NCBI GenBank assembly: GCA_043228905.1
Contig: JBHGNT010000123.1
Span: 1 to 64,000 of the forward strand
DNA: 64,000 bases
From: Azolla caroliniana
Lineage: Eukaryota > Plantae > Polypodiophyta
Reading direction: 5' to 3'
This document shows, one piece after another, positions 36,989-47,400 of the stretch. The notes under the pieces were generated by a model. It was not told the origin of the DNA, ran no database searches, and saw nothing but the letters and a program-made list of their open reading frames with translations. The position numbers and the translations under genes were made by a program. The stretch's first letter is position 1, and each line of letters begins with the position of its first letter.

Positions 36989-39900
36989 AGAGGACTGCCA
37001 AGGCGTGGGGCCGCGACAGTCCGGATGCTCCGGAAAAACCCCACATCTGTACGATAAAACCGTGTACAATAGGTAGGAAATTTTGCTTCTCCGACAGCGG
37101 AGCATGTACGATGGTCGGCATCACCGGCCGAGAGAAAACAAAGACGGAGGGGAGACTTCGGGCGTGCGGAGTTCTCGGCCCTGACGAAGGAATCAACGGA
37201 GCCGTGGAGGCAGTCTCCTTCGACGACACCTTGGGAATGCTGGGGAAGGTAGTCGAAGAAGACCTTAACGAAGACCGGACGATACCGGTATGTTCCGATG
37301 AAATGTACGAAGTCATCGCGGACTTCGGTCGAGGGCTCGAATCGGAACGGACGGCCCGAGTGAGCACCAAGTACAAGACTGTGGACCGGAAGGTGAGGCC
37401 AGTTGCGGCGCCCTTACCAGAGGGCAGCGAATCCCGGATTAAAGGGGGTGCATCGGACCCCAGCTTACGAGATCGGGCCTGCATAGGACACACCTTCACC
37501 AACGAGACGCTCCGCGAGCTGAAGATCGGTGGGGGCGGGTTCCTACTGCCGGCGGAGGAAGACCGGTTTCGGAGAATGCTCGGAAGGCACGGGAAAGTCT
37601 TCGCATTCTCGCCGGAGGAAATCGGGTGCGTGGACCCGACGATCGTAGAGCCGATGGTGATATTCACGGTACCGCATGTACCGTGGAATCTCAAGCCAAT
37701 TTCGGTTCCGAGAGCTCACATCCCGAAGTTGATGGAGCTGTTGAAGCAGAAAGTTGATATGGGCATTCTCGAGCCGTCGAGCGCCCCGTATTCAAACCGC
37801 TGGTTTACCGTACCAAAGAAAAACGGATCGTTGCGCTTCATTCAGGACCTGCAGCCGGTCAATAGAGTGACCATTCGGAACGCGGGGATCGGACCGACCA
37901 TAGACGAGTTCGCGGAGGCCTTCGCCGGAAGGTCGATTTACTCGGTCGGTGATCTATACTCAGGGTACGACCAGTTCCAGCTAGCCGTGGAGAGTAGAGA
38001 CATTACGACGATGCGAACTCCCCTCGGCCTAGTGCGGATGTGTACGCTGCCGCAAGGAGGGACCAACTCGGTGGCCCACATGGTGAATGCGATGAACAAG
38101 GTGCTGAGGGACTGCATCCCGAACATCACCATGCCGTTTCTAGACGACATCCCGATCAAGGGATGCCCGGTAGAAGAGAAGGACGAGACGATCGGGCCGG
38201 ACGGATGCCGGCGATTCGTGACGGCGCACATCGACGACTGCGAGAAGGTGCTGCAAAGGCTAGAGGATGCGAGGCTCACCTTCTCGGGGGAGAAATCAGC
38301 CTTCGGTGCGTCGGAAATCATGGTGGTCGGACACTTATGTGGGCCATATGGCCGGAAACCGTCTCCGGCAAAGGTAGAAGCCATCTCCGCGATGAAGCCC
38401 GACTGCAGCTCGGTCACGGAAGTACGAAGATTCCTGGGGGCATGCGCATTCTACCACATATGGATCCCGCATTACGCCCATGTTGCGGAGCCGCTATACG
38501 AATTATTGAGGAAAGGGCAAAGATTCGAATGGCTAGACCAGCACACGGAGTCGGTCCGGAAGCTGAAGGAGGCTCTTTCGGCGGCACCGGCGCTCCGAAA
38601 GGCCGTCTACAGGAAGGGCACCCCAGTGTACATAACGGTTGACACGAGTCCGACCGGAATCGGGTGGGTCGTCAACCAAGAAGACGAGGACGGTAATCGG
38701 TTTCCGATCTGATTCGGCGCGAAGGTCCTCAGCGAACGGCAGCGAGGATACGCCCAGGTTAAACGCGAACTCTGGGGTATCGTTTCGGCGGTGAAGGCCG
38801 ACAAGGACTATCTGATCGGGACAGAGGTAATCATAGAGACGGATTGCATGCCGATTCTCGGCATGATTTCCGGATGCGCGACGCCGGACCTGGCAATGCT
38901 CAGGTGGATAGCGTACATCAAGTCCCTGGACCCGGAAATACGACACATTTCCGGGAAAGACAACGCCATGGCCGACATGCTTTCAAGGGCGAGATTCGAT
39001 GACGAGGGCGGCATGGTTTCGGAGGACGAAGACGTCGGCGTGGACTTCTTCGAGACTGCGTATGTAACAACCGACGGAACAAGCACTCCGGCGCTTAACG
39101 ACTTCGACGCGAGCAAGTACGACGGGGAGTGGCTGCAGATCGGTGGGTTTTTGAAGACAATGACGCCCGATGCGTCATGGACGAAGGACGAGGCCAACCG
39201 GATCCGGAAGAAAGCGTACCGGTTCTTTCTCCGGGATGGCTATCTATGGAAGCACCCGAAGAAGAAGGACGGCGCTCCGCTCCGGGTGGTGGCGATGAAG
39301 GAAGAACAGGAGGAGCTGCTGACGGCCTACCACGACAGCCCTTGGGCTGGACACCGTGGAACATGGGCTACGTTTGAGAAACTGAAGGGGAAGTATTGGT
39401 GGCCGGGGCAGTACCGGGACGTGCATCGGTTCGTGACAACTTGCGAGAGCTGTCAGATGCACTCCATAGTCCGACACCGGGACGAGCTTCACCCCACGTA
39501 CCCTCCGACCATCCACTTCAAATGGATGGTAGATCTGGTGACGATGCCAATGGGGGTAGGACAGATGCGGTACCTGGTCCTAGCGCGGGAGGATCTGACG
39601 AACCAGGTGGAAGGCCGGGCCCTTCCGAACAAAACGACCGCGGCCGTATGCCGGTTCCTAATCGAGGACGTGATATGCCGGTACGGGTGCGTCGGGAAGA
39701 TCGTGGCTGACCGAGGGGAGTTGGACGCCGAAGAAGCCGCGGAGCTGTTCGACCGGCTGGGAGTCAAGCTCTCGCTCACCACTGCGTACAATCCGGAGGC
39801 GAATGGAAAGGTGGAGCGCGGACATGGACCGATCGTCAAGGCGTTGGTTCGGGCATGCGGAGGCCGAGTCGGTGACTGGCCGCGGCTGCTACCTTATGCT

Positions 39901-40467
39901 TTGTGGGCAGACCGGACCACGCACAGTTCGGTAACCGGGTACATGCCGACGGAGCTCATGTTCGGCGAGAAGCCGATCATGCCGATAGAACGGGCTATCT
40001 CCTCGTGGGCAACGGTCGACTGGAGGGACGAGATGAGCCGGGAGGAGTTGTTGGCCGCGCGCATACGACAGCTCGAGCGGAGACCGGAGGACGTGGAACT
40101 GGCTGCGGAGAAGCTCCGGGTGGCGAGGATAAAGAACAAAGCCAGGTTCGGCCGAACGCACCGGCTCCGACCGAAGAAAATCGAAGAAGGTGACTGGGTG
40201 CTCGTCTACGACAGCAGCCTCGACAACCAGCACCGAGCTACACGGAAGTTCGCACGAAGGTGGTTCGGGCCTTACGTGGTACGGAGCGCCAATGACAACG
40301 GGACATATCACCTGGCGGAACTCGACGGCACGAGAATGGCGATACCGGTTGCAGGGAAGCGGATCAAAGCGTTCAAGAAGCGACACGACGACGAGCCAGA
40401 CCCGGCTCTCCTGGTCAGCAGTGACGAACGATCCGACAACGAGGAAGAACCGACGGGCGAGGAATGA
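36985..40467 (+). CDS. pol: Element C Pol (RT-RNase H-integrase) in the -1 frame, with one premature TGA at 38710
   Basis: The -1 frame is open from the slippery site through ORFs 37111-38712 and 38791-40467. RT DLYSGYDQ/LPQG/FLDD, RH VDTSPTGIG, IN HDSPWAGH...CESC, DRGE, KFARRWFGPY. The TGA replaces an Arg codon (A has FLIRFG). Confidence 0.92.
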
Positions 40468-40738
40468 AGACGGGCCGGTTTTCTCCGTCCCAACTCTCTT
40501 GGCGCATACCGGAGGATGCGCGGTTAGGTGGGGGCGGATGTCGTGAAGAAAACCGTCCATAGGCGGAATCGGCGCACCAAGGCGTGGGAACCGGTTCTTC
40601 ACGCGCACACGCTCCAAGTTGTACATAGAAGCGAATTGGGAGGATAATCGGCAGGAACGGGCCCTAACTCAAGTGGAGACAAAGACCGCGCGAACAGTCT
40701 TTTCGGTCGCGCGCGCGAACTGTACGAGTCGGCGGCGT

Positions 40739-43700
40739 TGTCGTGACGATTTTCGGCTACGGTGTGAAACCGAGTGAGATGAATAAACCAAGGATGTGCA
40801 ACATTGCACATGCACTTAGCAAATAAACCTAGCCTAGTGGCACTTGAGTTCATACAGAGGGGTGCAAGCAAGGATTGAACCTTGCACCTCTAACATACAA
40901 GATAATTGCCTTACCACTAGGACAACTATCATATAGTGTAGATTATATGTATTTCCTTTTCATATACAAATTATAGACGAAACAACCATAGAAAACCATG
41001 TGCACAAAACCATGGTTTTAAACCCATGGTTTGTGCATGACATAAGCAAAACCGTGTGCACAAAACCATGGTTTTAGCCCATGGTTTTGTGCATGTCACG
41101 AGCATGGAAAGACCTATAAAAGCCTCTAGTTGGGCTTGTGTAAGGGGGGCTCAATATGTGATATCACCAACACCACTATCATCAATATAATTATATTTGT
41201 CTTTATCTTCTTCATGTTTTTCTACTTCTCAAGTGTACAATTTTTCTCCTTCTCAAGTAAACCAATTTCATCTAATCTTACATTGATCGTCATCTAGCAT
41301 CGATAATTCTGCGAACGTCCTCCCCAGTCCAAGACCCCGGTGGTCGCTCGAGTAGCACACGCACGCGCGAATCTTCGCGACATCATTTGGTGAACCCGAC
41401 GTGAAGAGCAGCAGGGGAGGACGAAGATGGATGGCGAATATCTCATGGAGGCAATGGCAAGAAGGATGATGGAGTTTCTGAGAGAAGAGAAAAGAAGAAA
41501 TGAAGCCCAACAAGCCGTCGACAAAGTAGTCGAACGAATGAGCTATTTCAACGGTGCCGAAGTCCAAAGTTTCCTAAAAGTCTACAATGCGGAGATGGAT
41601 TCAAGAGGTGTGGACAAAGCTATGAGGCTAGAGTACTTTTGTCGGGTGGTGTCTCAACCGATCTTCAAAGATGTAGAAGAGCTTCTAGAAGCTCATGATT
41701 CGTGGGCGACTTTCGAGAAGGCTCTATTGGAGGAATATGACTATGAGAGACTAAAGGGACAAGATCGACGCAACTTCGACCAATGGGTGACATCAGCGAA
41801 GACCCACGAAGGTGCGACACAAGCATTCGTAGACTTCGAGCATCATTTTTCTCAATTGTCGGAGCGGGAACAAAGATTGGTGGGGGTCGATAAGGTCCTT
41901 ATGTTCGTGAAGTCAATCGATCGAATGGAAAGAATGGCGATCGGCCTCAAACTCGAAGAAGATGATGGTGCAAATGGCCTCATCGAGGACTGGAGCAAAG
42001 TGGAAAGTGTATGCCGACTACACGATAAGGGGCAAGCGAGAATATCGACGACAACAAGACGGCCCATGAGGGACGATCGAAGAGGGACGAGATGCAACAA
42101 CGCACCACCAACAAAAGAAATGAAGCCACCAACGAAAGAAATGAAGCTTAGAAGGGAGACAAAACCGAGGCGAATGGTGATCGAGGGAGATAAAGTGTTT
42201 GAGTCTGAAGAGATTGAGGAGGTAGCCACGACAAACGACATCGAGTCGGAGGTGGCTATGGATGAGTCGACGACGGATAGCCATGTCGACACTTTCTTCA
42301 CGCTTGTTCCAGAGACTTCGGCGGTTGCGCCCATGTGCCAACGTGAGACCGGAGAGACGGAAGGTGGTGACGGGAAGACGAAGGCCCAACACAAGGAGGA
42401 AGAAGATCGAGGAAGAAAGGATATCCCCACACCTATTCTAGAGACTTCGGCGGTTGTGCACGTGCACCAACGTGAGACCGGAGAGACAGAATGTGTGGAC
42501 AAAAAAGAGGACGACCGGAAGGGCGATGAAGAAGACAAGGTAAATGTAAATGAACGAAGGGATTCCTTCACACTGGTTCCGGAGACTTCGGCAGTCGAGA
42601 CCGTGTGTCGACATAAGACCGAAGATAAAGGAGGTGGCGAAGAGGAGACAATATGGCCCGAGGCGAACATACACGGAGGGAAGGATATGGCCGACGTGGA
42701 GGCCAAGGATGAAGCTGCGGTTGAGTTCGATGGAGAGGTTGCATGCGGGAAGGAAGGAAGAGTCGAGAACCGGTTGAACCGGAAGACGATCCGGCCGGGA
42801 TTCCGACCCGAACGAAGGAAGATCCACATGGGAGCCGATCGACCGGGGCCGACCCGGCCGAAACCTGATTCGGCGAAAATCGATCGGACGATTCCGATCC
42901 AAAAGGGTGCCGACCCAGCCAGAATCAATCGGTCGAGCCCGACTCGGGGAAATGTGAATGCAGACGAAGGCCAACCAAGCCAAGAAGCGATCGGTGGAGA
43001 CCGATCCGGACAAGGGCAAACCCGGCCTAATCGGAGATCGACACGAACGATCTACAATACCCAGTTGAAGACGGTGAGCGTGAGGAGTGGCCAGGAGTCC
43101 AATCGAAGGACACGCGCGGTGGACGAAGGAAGAGTGGTCGTATCGACGACATCGTTCGGTAGATCTACTACAACCGATCGGGGAAGAAGGTGTGAGCGCC
43201 GGATATGGTGGATCGGGTGGCTACGGTGGTTCGGTTGGAAAGATTGCGCATACTCGAAGTGGAAGACGAGGACGACGAGCGTGCAGAGGAACTCGGTTGA
43301 TCGCCGTTGCCAAAGATCTTACCTCTTCACCTTTCTCGGCACATACCGGAGGATGTGCGGGTTTGGTGGGGGTGGATGTCGTGACGATTTTCGGCTACGG
43401 TGTGAAACCGAGTGAGATGAATAAACCAAGGATGTGCAACATTGCACATGCACTTAGCAAATAAACCTAGCCTAGTGGCACTTGAGTTCATACAGAGGGG
43501 TGCAAGCAAGGATTGAACCTTGCACCTCTAACATACAAGATAATTGCCTTACCACTAGGACAACTATCATATAGTGTAGATTATATGTATTTCCTTTTCA
43601 TATACAAATTATAGACGAAACAACCATAGAAAACCATGTGCACAAAACCATGGTTTTAAACCCATGGTTTGTGCATGACATAAGCAAAACCGTGTGCACA

Positions 43701-44020
43701 AAACCATGGTTTTAGCCCATGGTTTTGTGCATGTCACGAGCATGGAAAGACCTATAAAAGCCTCTAGTTGGGCTTGTGTAAGGGGGGCTCAATATGTGAT
43801 ATCACCAACACCACTATCATCAATATAATTATATTTGTCTTTATCTTCTTCATGTTTTTCTACTTCTCAAGTGTACAATTTTTCTCCTTCTCAAGTAAAC
43901 CAATTTCATCTAATCTTACATTGATCGTCATCTAGCATCGATAATTCTGCGAACGTCCTCCCCAGTCCAAGACCCCGGTGGTCGCTCGAGTAGCACACGC
44001 ACGCGCGAATCTTCGCGATA
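40739..44020 (+). mobile_element. Element D: non-autonomous Gag-fusion LTR element, 3.3 kb, inserted in the 3' LTR of C
   Basis: TSD gcgt (40735-38, 44021-24); 644-bp LTRs 40739-41382 and 43377-44020; PBS 41388-41405; PPT ~43359-43376. Confidence 0.96.
41427..43415 (+). CDS. Element D intact 662-aa protein: Gag capsid-like domain, acidic repeats, W/R-rich tail
   Basis: Uninterrupted ORF from just after the PBS through the PPT. AVDKVVERMSYFNG...VDKVLMFVKSIDRMER...EDW aligns with C Gag (DTSRVLLFVKSVDERDRE...TDW). No zinc knuckle and no pol. Confidence 0.88.
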   Translation: MDGEYLMEAMARRMMEFLREEKRRNEAQQAVDKVVERMSYFNGAEVQSFLKVYNAEMDSRGVDKAMRLEYFCRVVSQPIFKDVEELLEAHDSWATFEKALLEEYDYERLKGQDRRNFDQWVTSAKTHEGATQAFVDFEHHFSQLSEREQRLVGVDKVLMFVKSIDRMERMAIGLKLEEDDGANGLIEDWSKVESVCRLHDKGQARISTTTRRPMRDDRRGTRCNNAPPTKEMKPPTKEMKLRRETKPRRMVIEGDKVFESEEIEEVATTNDIESEVAMDESTTDSHVDTFFTLVPETSAVAPMCQRETGETEGGDGKTKAQHKEEEDRGRKDIPTPILETSAVVHVHQRETGETECVDKKEDDRKGDEEDKVNVNERRDSFTLVPETSAVETVCRHKTEDKGGGEEETIWPEANIHGGKDMADVEAKDEAAVEFDGEVACGKEGRVENRLNRKTIRPGFRPERRKIHMGADRPGPTRPKPDSAKIDRTIPIQKGADPARINRSSPTRGNVNADEGQPSQEAIGGDRSGQGQTRPNRRSTRTIYNTQLKTVSVRSGQESNRRTRAVDEGRVVVSTTSFGRSTTTDRGRRCERRIWWIGWLRWFGWKDCAYSKWKTRTTSVQRNSVDRRCQRSYLFTFLGTYRRMCGFGGGGCRDDFRLRCETE

Positions 44021-45255
44021 GCGTAACTACGCGGATGCGTGAAAAACGGAGCGGATCCCTGTCCAAAAGGGACAGGGAATAAAGCTGACACGACGGCCTG
44101 CTCGTCGGCCTATATAAGGAGCGGGAAAGAGCTGTTGCAGGGATCTCGCGGGGAGAGGACGAAGTGCTGTCGGACCGTTTCTGGACGCTTCTCTCTCTCT
44201 GTTTCCTTCCTTCCTGAGCTCCATAGCTTTTCTGTGCAGGGTTCCGAGGAGGCTCGCGCTGTTTCGAGGAACGCCCGAGTGCTTCCGGCAGCCCCTTTGA
44301 GCGTCGAAGTGAACAGGCGTCGGCATCTGTTCGCCGGCCTGTTCGGTTGTAACCAACCTGTGCCCCATCGAGGGTTGTAGTAGTGTTAGCCATTTTCTTA
44401 ATATACATATTAAGTCATTCGCATCTGTCTGTGTCGGTGTCTGTTCGCGTTCTCCGTGCTGAAGGGCCGTGTCCCTGTGTATCCCCGGTCCTCCGTAGCC
44501 GGTTCTCTCTCTCTTTCTCCTCCCTCGCTTGCTCTTTGGTTCGAGACCCCCGCGGTCCCGCCTCGATTCCACACGCACTTGCGTAATATCTCGACAGCGT
44601 GCGTGGAGAACAAGGCGGGACCACTGAGGTCTTGGACCGAGGAATAGGTGAGAGAAGGGACAGAGAGAGAGACACGCTCACACACGTATAGACAAAGAAG
44701 CGCACGGGAACGCGGTCCAATGACACAAGAGACACGAGTTGAACGGGGAATAGAGTATAAGAACACCAGTGTATGTATATAAAATAAGTATGCAGACGAC
44801 GCGAACGGTTACAACCGATCAGGCCTGCTAGATGGATATCGACGCCTGACCACCCACGCGCGCAGGGGTGCGAGATGAAGACTTTGCCGGAAGCACACGG
44901 GCGTTCCACGGAGCAGAATCAACCTCTCAAGAACCTGCGCACAAGAAAGCTACGGAGAATGACAGAGAAGTGCTCGGTCCCAGTCCGACAGCACTTCGTC
45001 CCCTCTCGCGCGCGATACCTCTCTCTCCCCCGTCTCCCTCTCTTTTATAGCTCAAGGAGGGAGACCGTTTTCACCCGTATACATCACATTAATTCTCTGT
45101 CCTTTCGGACAGAGACACTCCTCGATTCTCCCTATGGAATATTGCTACCTAGGGTTTGACTTTGTGCCCACCTATCTACTATACAACAGGGGCGTGCCCA
45201 CGTGCAAGGCCGGTTCACACACACTTTGCGCACGGGGACGGTTTTCCTCACGACA

Positions 45256-47400
45256 ACGTACTTCTCTTGTGACAACCACAATTGCTTCGTTGGCCGGTTT
45301 CGGATGATATGCATCCCCAACATCTGTCTTGCTGGGCCCAAGTCTTTCATTGCGAAAGTTCGGTTGAGAGCCTTCTTCAGCATCTGTATTCTGACTTGGT
45401 CCCGTCTGACAATCAACATGTCATCCACGTACAGAAGGAGTATCAAGAAGTCGCCTCCTTTGAACTTCTTCACAAACACGCAGTGATCGGCTTGCGTCTT
45501 GTGGTACCCTTGATCGGTCATGAAGGAGTCGAACTTCCGATACCATTGTCGGGGAGCTTGCTTCAGTCCGTACAGACTCTTCTTCAACCGGCATACCAGG
45601 TGCTCCTTCCCTTTCTCCACGAATCCTTCCGGTTGCTGCATGTAGATCTCCTCTTCGAGGTCACTGTGAAGGAATGCCGTCTTGATGTCCAACTGCTCTA
45701 CCTCGAGGTCCATGCTTGCCGCAATACTCAGCACCGTCTGGATGGAGGTCATCTTTACTTCTGGGGCAAATATCTCGTCGAAGTCCACGCCCTTCTTCTG
45801 CTGGAACCCCTTCACCACGATCCTGGCTTTGTATCTCGGGGGTTTGCCAGCATCTCCCGGTTTCAACTTGTACACCCACTTGTTTCGGAGTGCCCGCTTT
45901 CCTTTCGGCAACTCCACCAATTCGTACGTATGGTTCTCATGCAGGGAATCCATCTCATCCTGCATGGAACTTAACCATTTGCGGCTATGGGTGTCATCCT
46001 TCGCTTCTTCGAACCTCTCTGGCTCCCCCTCATCGGTTAGCAGCACATGCTCTGCATCCGGAAATCTCTGGGGGGCCCTTCTCTCTCTGAGAGGATATCT
46101 CCGTCTTTGGGCTTCGGTAACCGGCTCCTCCATTTTCTCTTCATCCGAATCCGATTAAGGGTCTTGGCCGGTTCCGGTTTCAGCTTCCTCTACTTCTTCT
46201 TCTGCCAGTTCGGTATCCTCACCGTAACCGGCTAGTTCCTCGAGTGCTAACCGGTCTCTTGCCGGTTGGGTCTGCTCATCGTAGAATCGATCCTTACCGG
46301 TCGAGTCGGAGTTCATTATCTTCTTCTCCGACTCCCAGTCGGCGAGTGTCTTGTCCTCCATGAGGATAATATCTTGACTCCGGAATACCTTCTTGTCGAC
46401 CAAGTCCCACACTCGGTAGCCGAACTCATCGTCGCCGTAACCGAGGAATATGCATGGCCGGGTCTTTGGATCCAACTTTCCTCTCTGGTCCTTAGCAACA
46501 TGCACGTACGCGAGACACCCGAACACCTTCAGATGCCGGTAGAAAACTTCCTTACCGGTCCACACCTTCTGCGGTGTCTCTCCATCCAAGGGCACTGAGG
46601 GTGATCTGTTTATCACATATGTCGCCGTCGACAGTGCCTCGGCCCAAAACTTCTTGGGTAGTTTTGCACGCGCTAGCATACTCCAGACCCTCTCCATTAT
46701 GGTCCGGTTCATCCTCTCGGCCAACCCGTTTAGTTCCGGCGTCTTCGGCATGGTAAATTCGAGCCGGATTCCTTTTGAGCGACAATACTCCTCGAACTGC
46801 CCTTGGTATTCACCTCCGTTATCTACTCGAACCGCCTTCAGCTTCCGGTTAGGTTCTCTTTCCACTCTCGCGTGGAGCTCTTTGAAGACAGATAACACCT
46901 GATCCTTCGTCTTCAACGGTGTGGCCCACAGCTTTTGGTTGTGGTCATCTATGAACATCACGAAGTACTACGATCCGGCATGTGACTTCGTGTCCACTTG
47001 ACATACATCAGTATGCACCAACTCCAGTGGTGCATTACGTCTCATCGGTGGCCTCGATCGGAAGGAGGTCCGGTTTTGTTTACCGGCCAGACAATCAGTG
47101 CACTTCTCCAAGTGCACGTTCTTCACTGGAATGAGGTTGTCGTCTGCAAGCCTCTTCATCCCCTTCTCGCTCATGTGACACAGCCTCTTGTGCCACAACT
47201 CACCGGCAATGTCGGATGCCACGTTCACTTCTTCCGGGCATAACTGGGCATTCATCAGGTACAATGTGTTTACCTTCCGGGCCCGAGCCACAATCAGGCT
47301 CCCTTTGCTGAACTTCATAACATTGTTCCGGATGCTATCCTGTAGCCTTCATCATCTAGCCGATCGGTTGATATCAGGTTCAGACGAACCTCCGGAACGT
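45256..47400 (-). pseudogene. Copia GAG-pre-integrase, integrase and RT
   Basis: LWHKRLCHMSEKG, PLELVHTDVC, VRVDNGGEY, TPELNGLAERMNRTI, RYKARIVVKGFQQKKG, LKKSLYGLKQAPRQWY, LLLYVDDMLI. Confidence 0.95.

Larger units (their letters stand above)
34046..44596 (+). mobile_element. Element C: near-intact tRNA-Trp-primed Ty3/Gypsy element, inserted in the 5' LTR of A; hosts D
   Basis: TSD gcgt (34042-45, 44597-600); 5' LTR 34046-34817; PBS 34822-34839; PPT 40522-40538; 3' LTR 40539-40738 plus 44025-44596. Confidence 0.96.
23514..45255 (-). mobile_element. Element A: tRNA-Trp-primed Ty3/Gypsy LTR retrotransposon, decayed, inserted in Copia RT; hosts B, C and D
   Basis: TSD acgt (23510-13, 45256-59) restores Copia EKYVTKV. 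3' LTR 23514-24190; 5' LTR 34026-34045 plus 44601-45255; PBS 34019-34002; PPT 24207-24191. Confidence 0.95.

Noticed and set aside
38710-38712. Programmed readthrough in element C pol
   Set aside because: It lies mid-RNase H where A encodes Arg; best explained as CGA-to-TGA deamination.
41852-42928. 358-aa antisense ORF in D, and similar antisense ORFs in B, C and E
   Set aside because: Ser/Phe-rich mirrors of acidic sense codons in GC-rich DNA; no motifs and boundaries not conserved.
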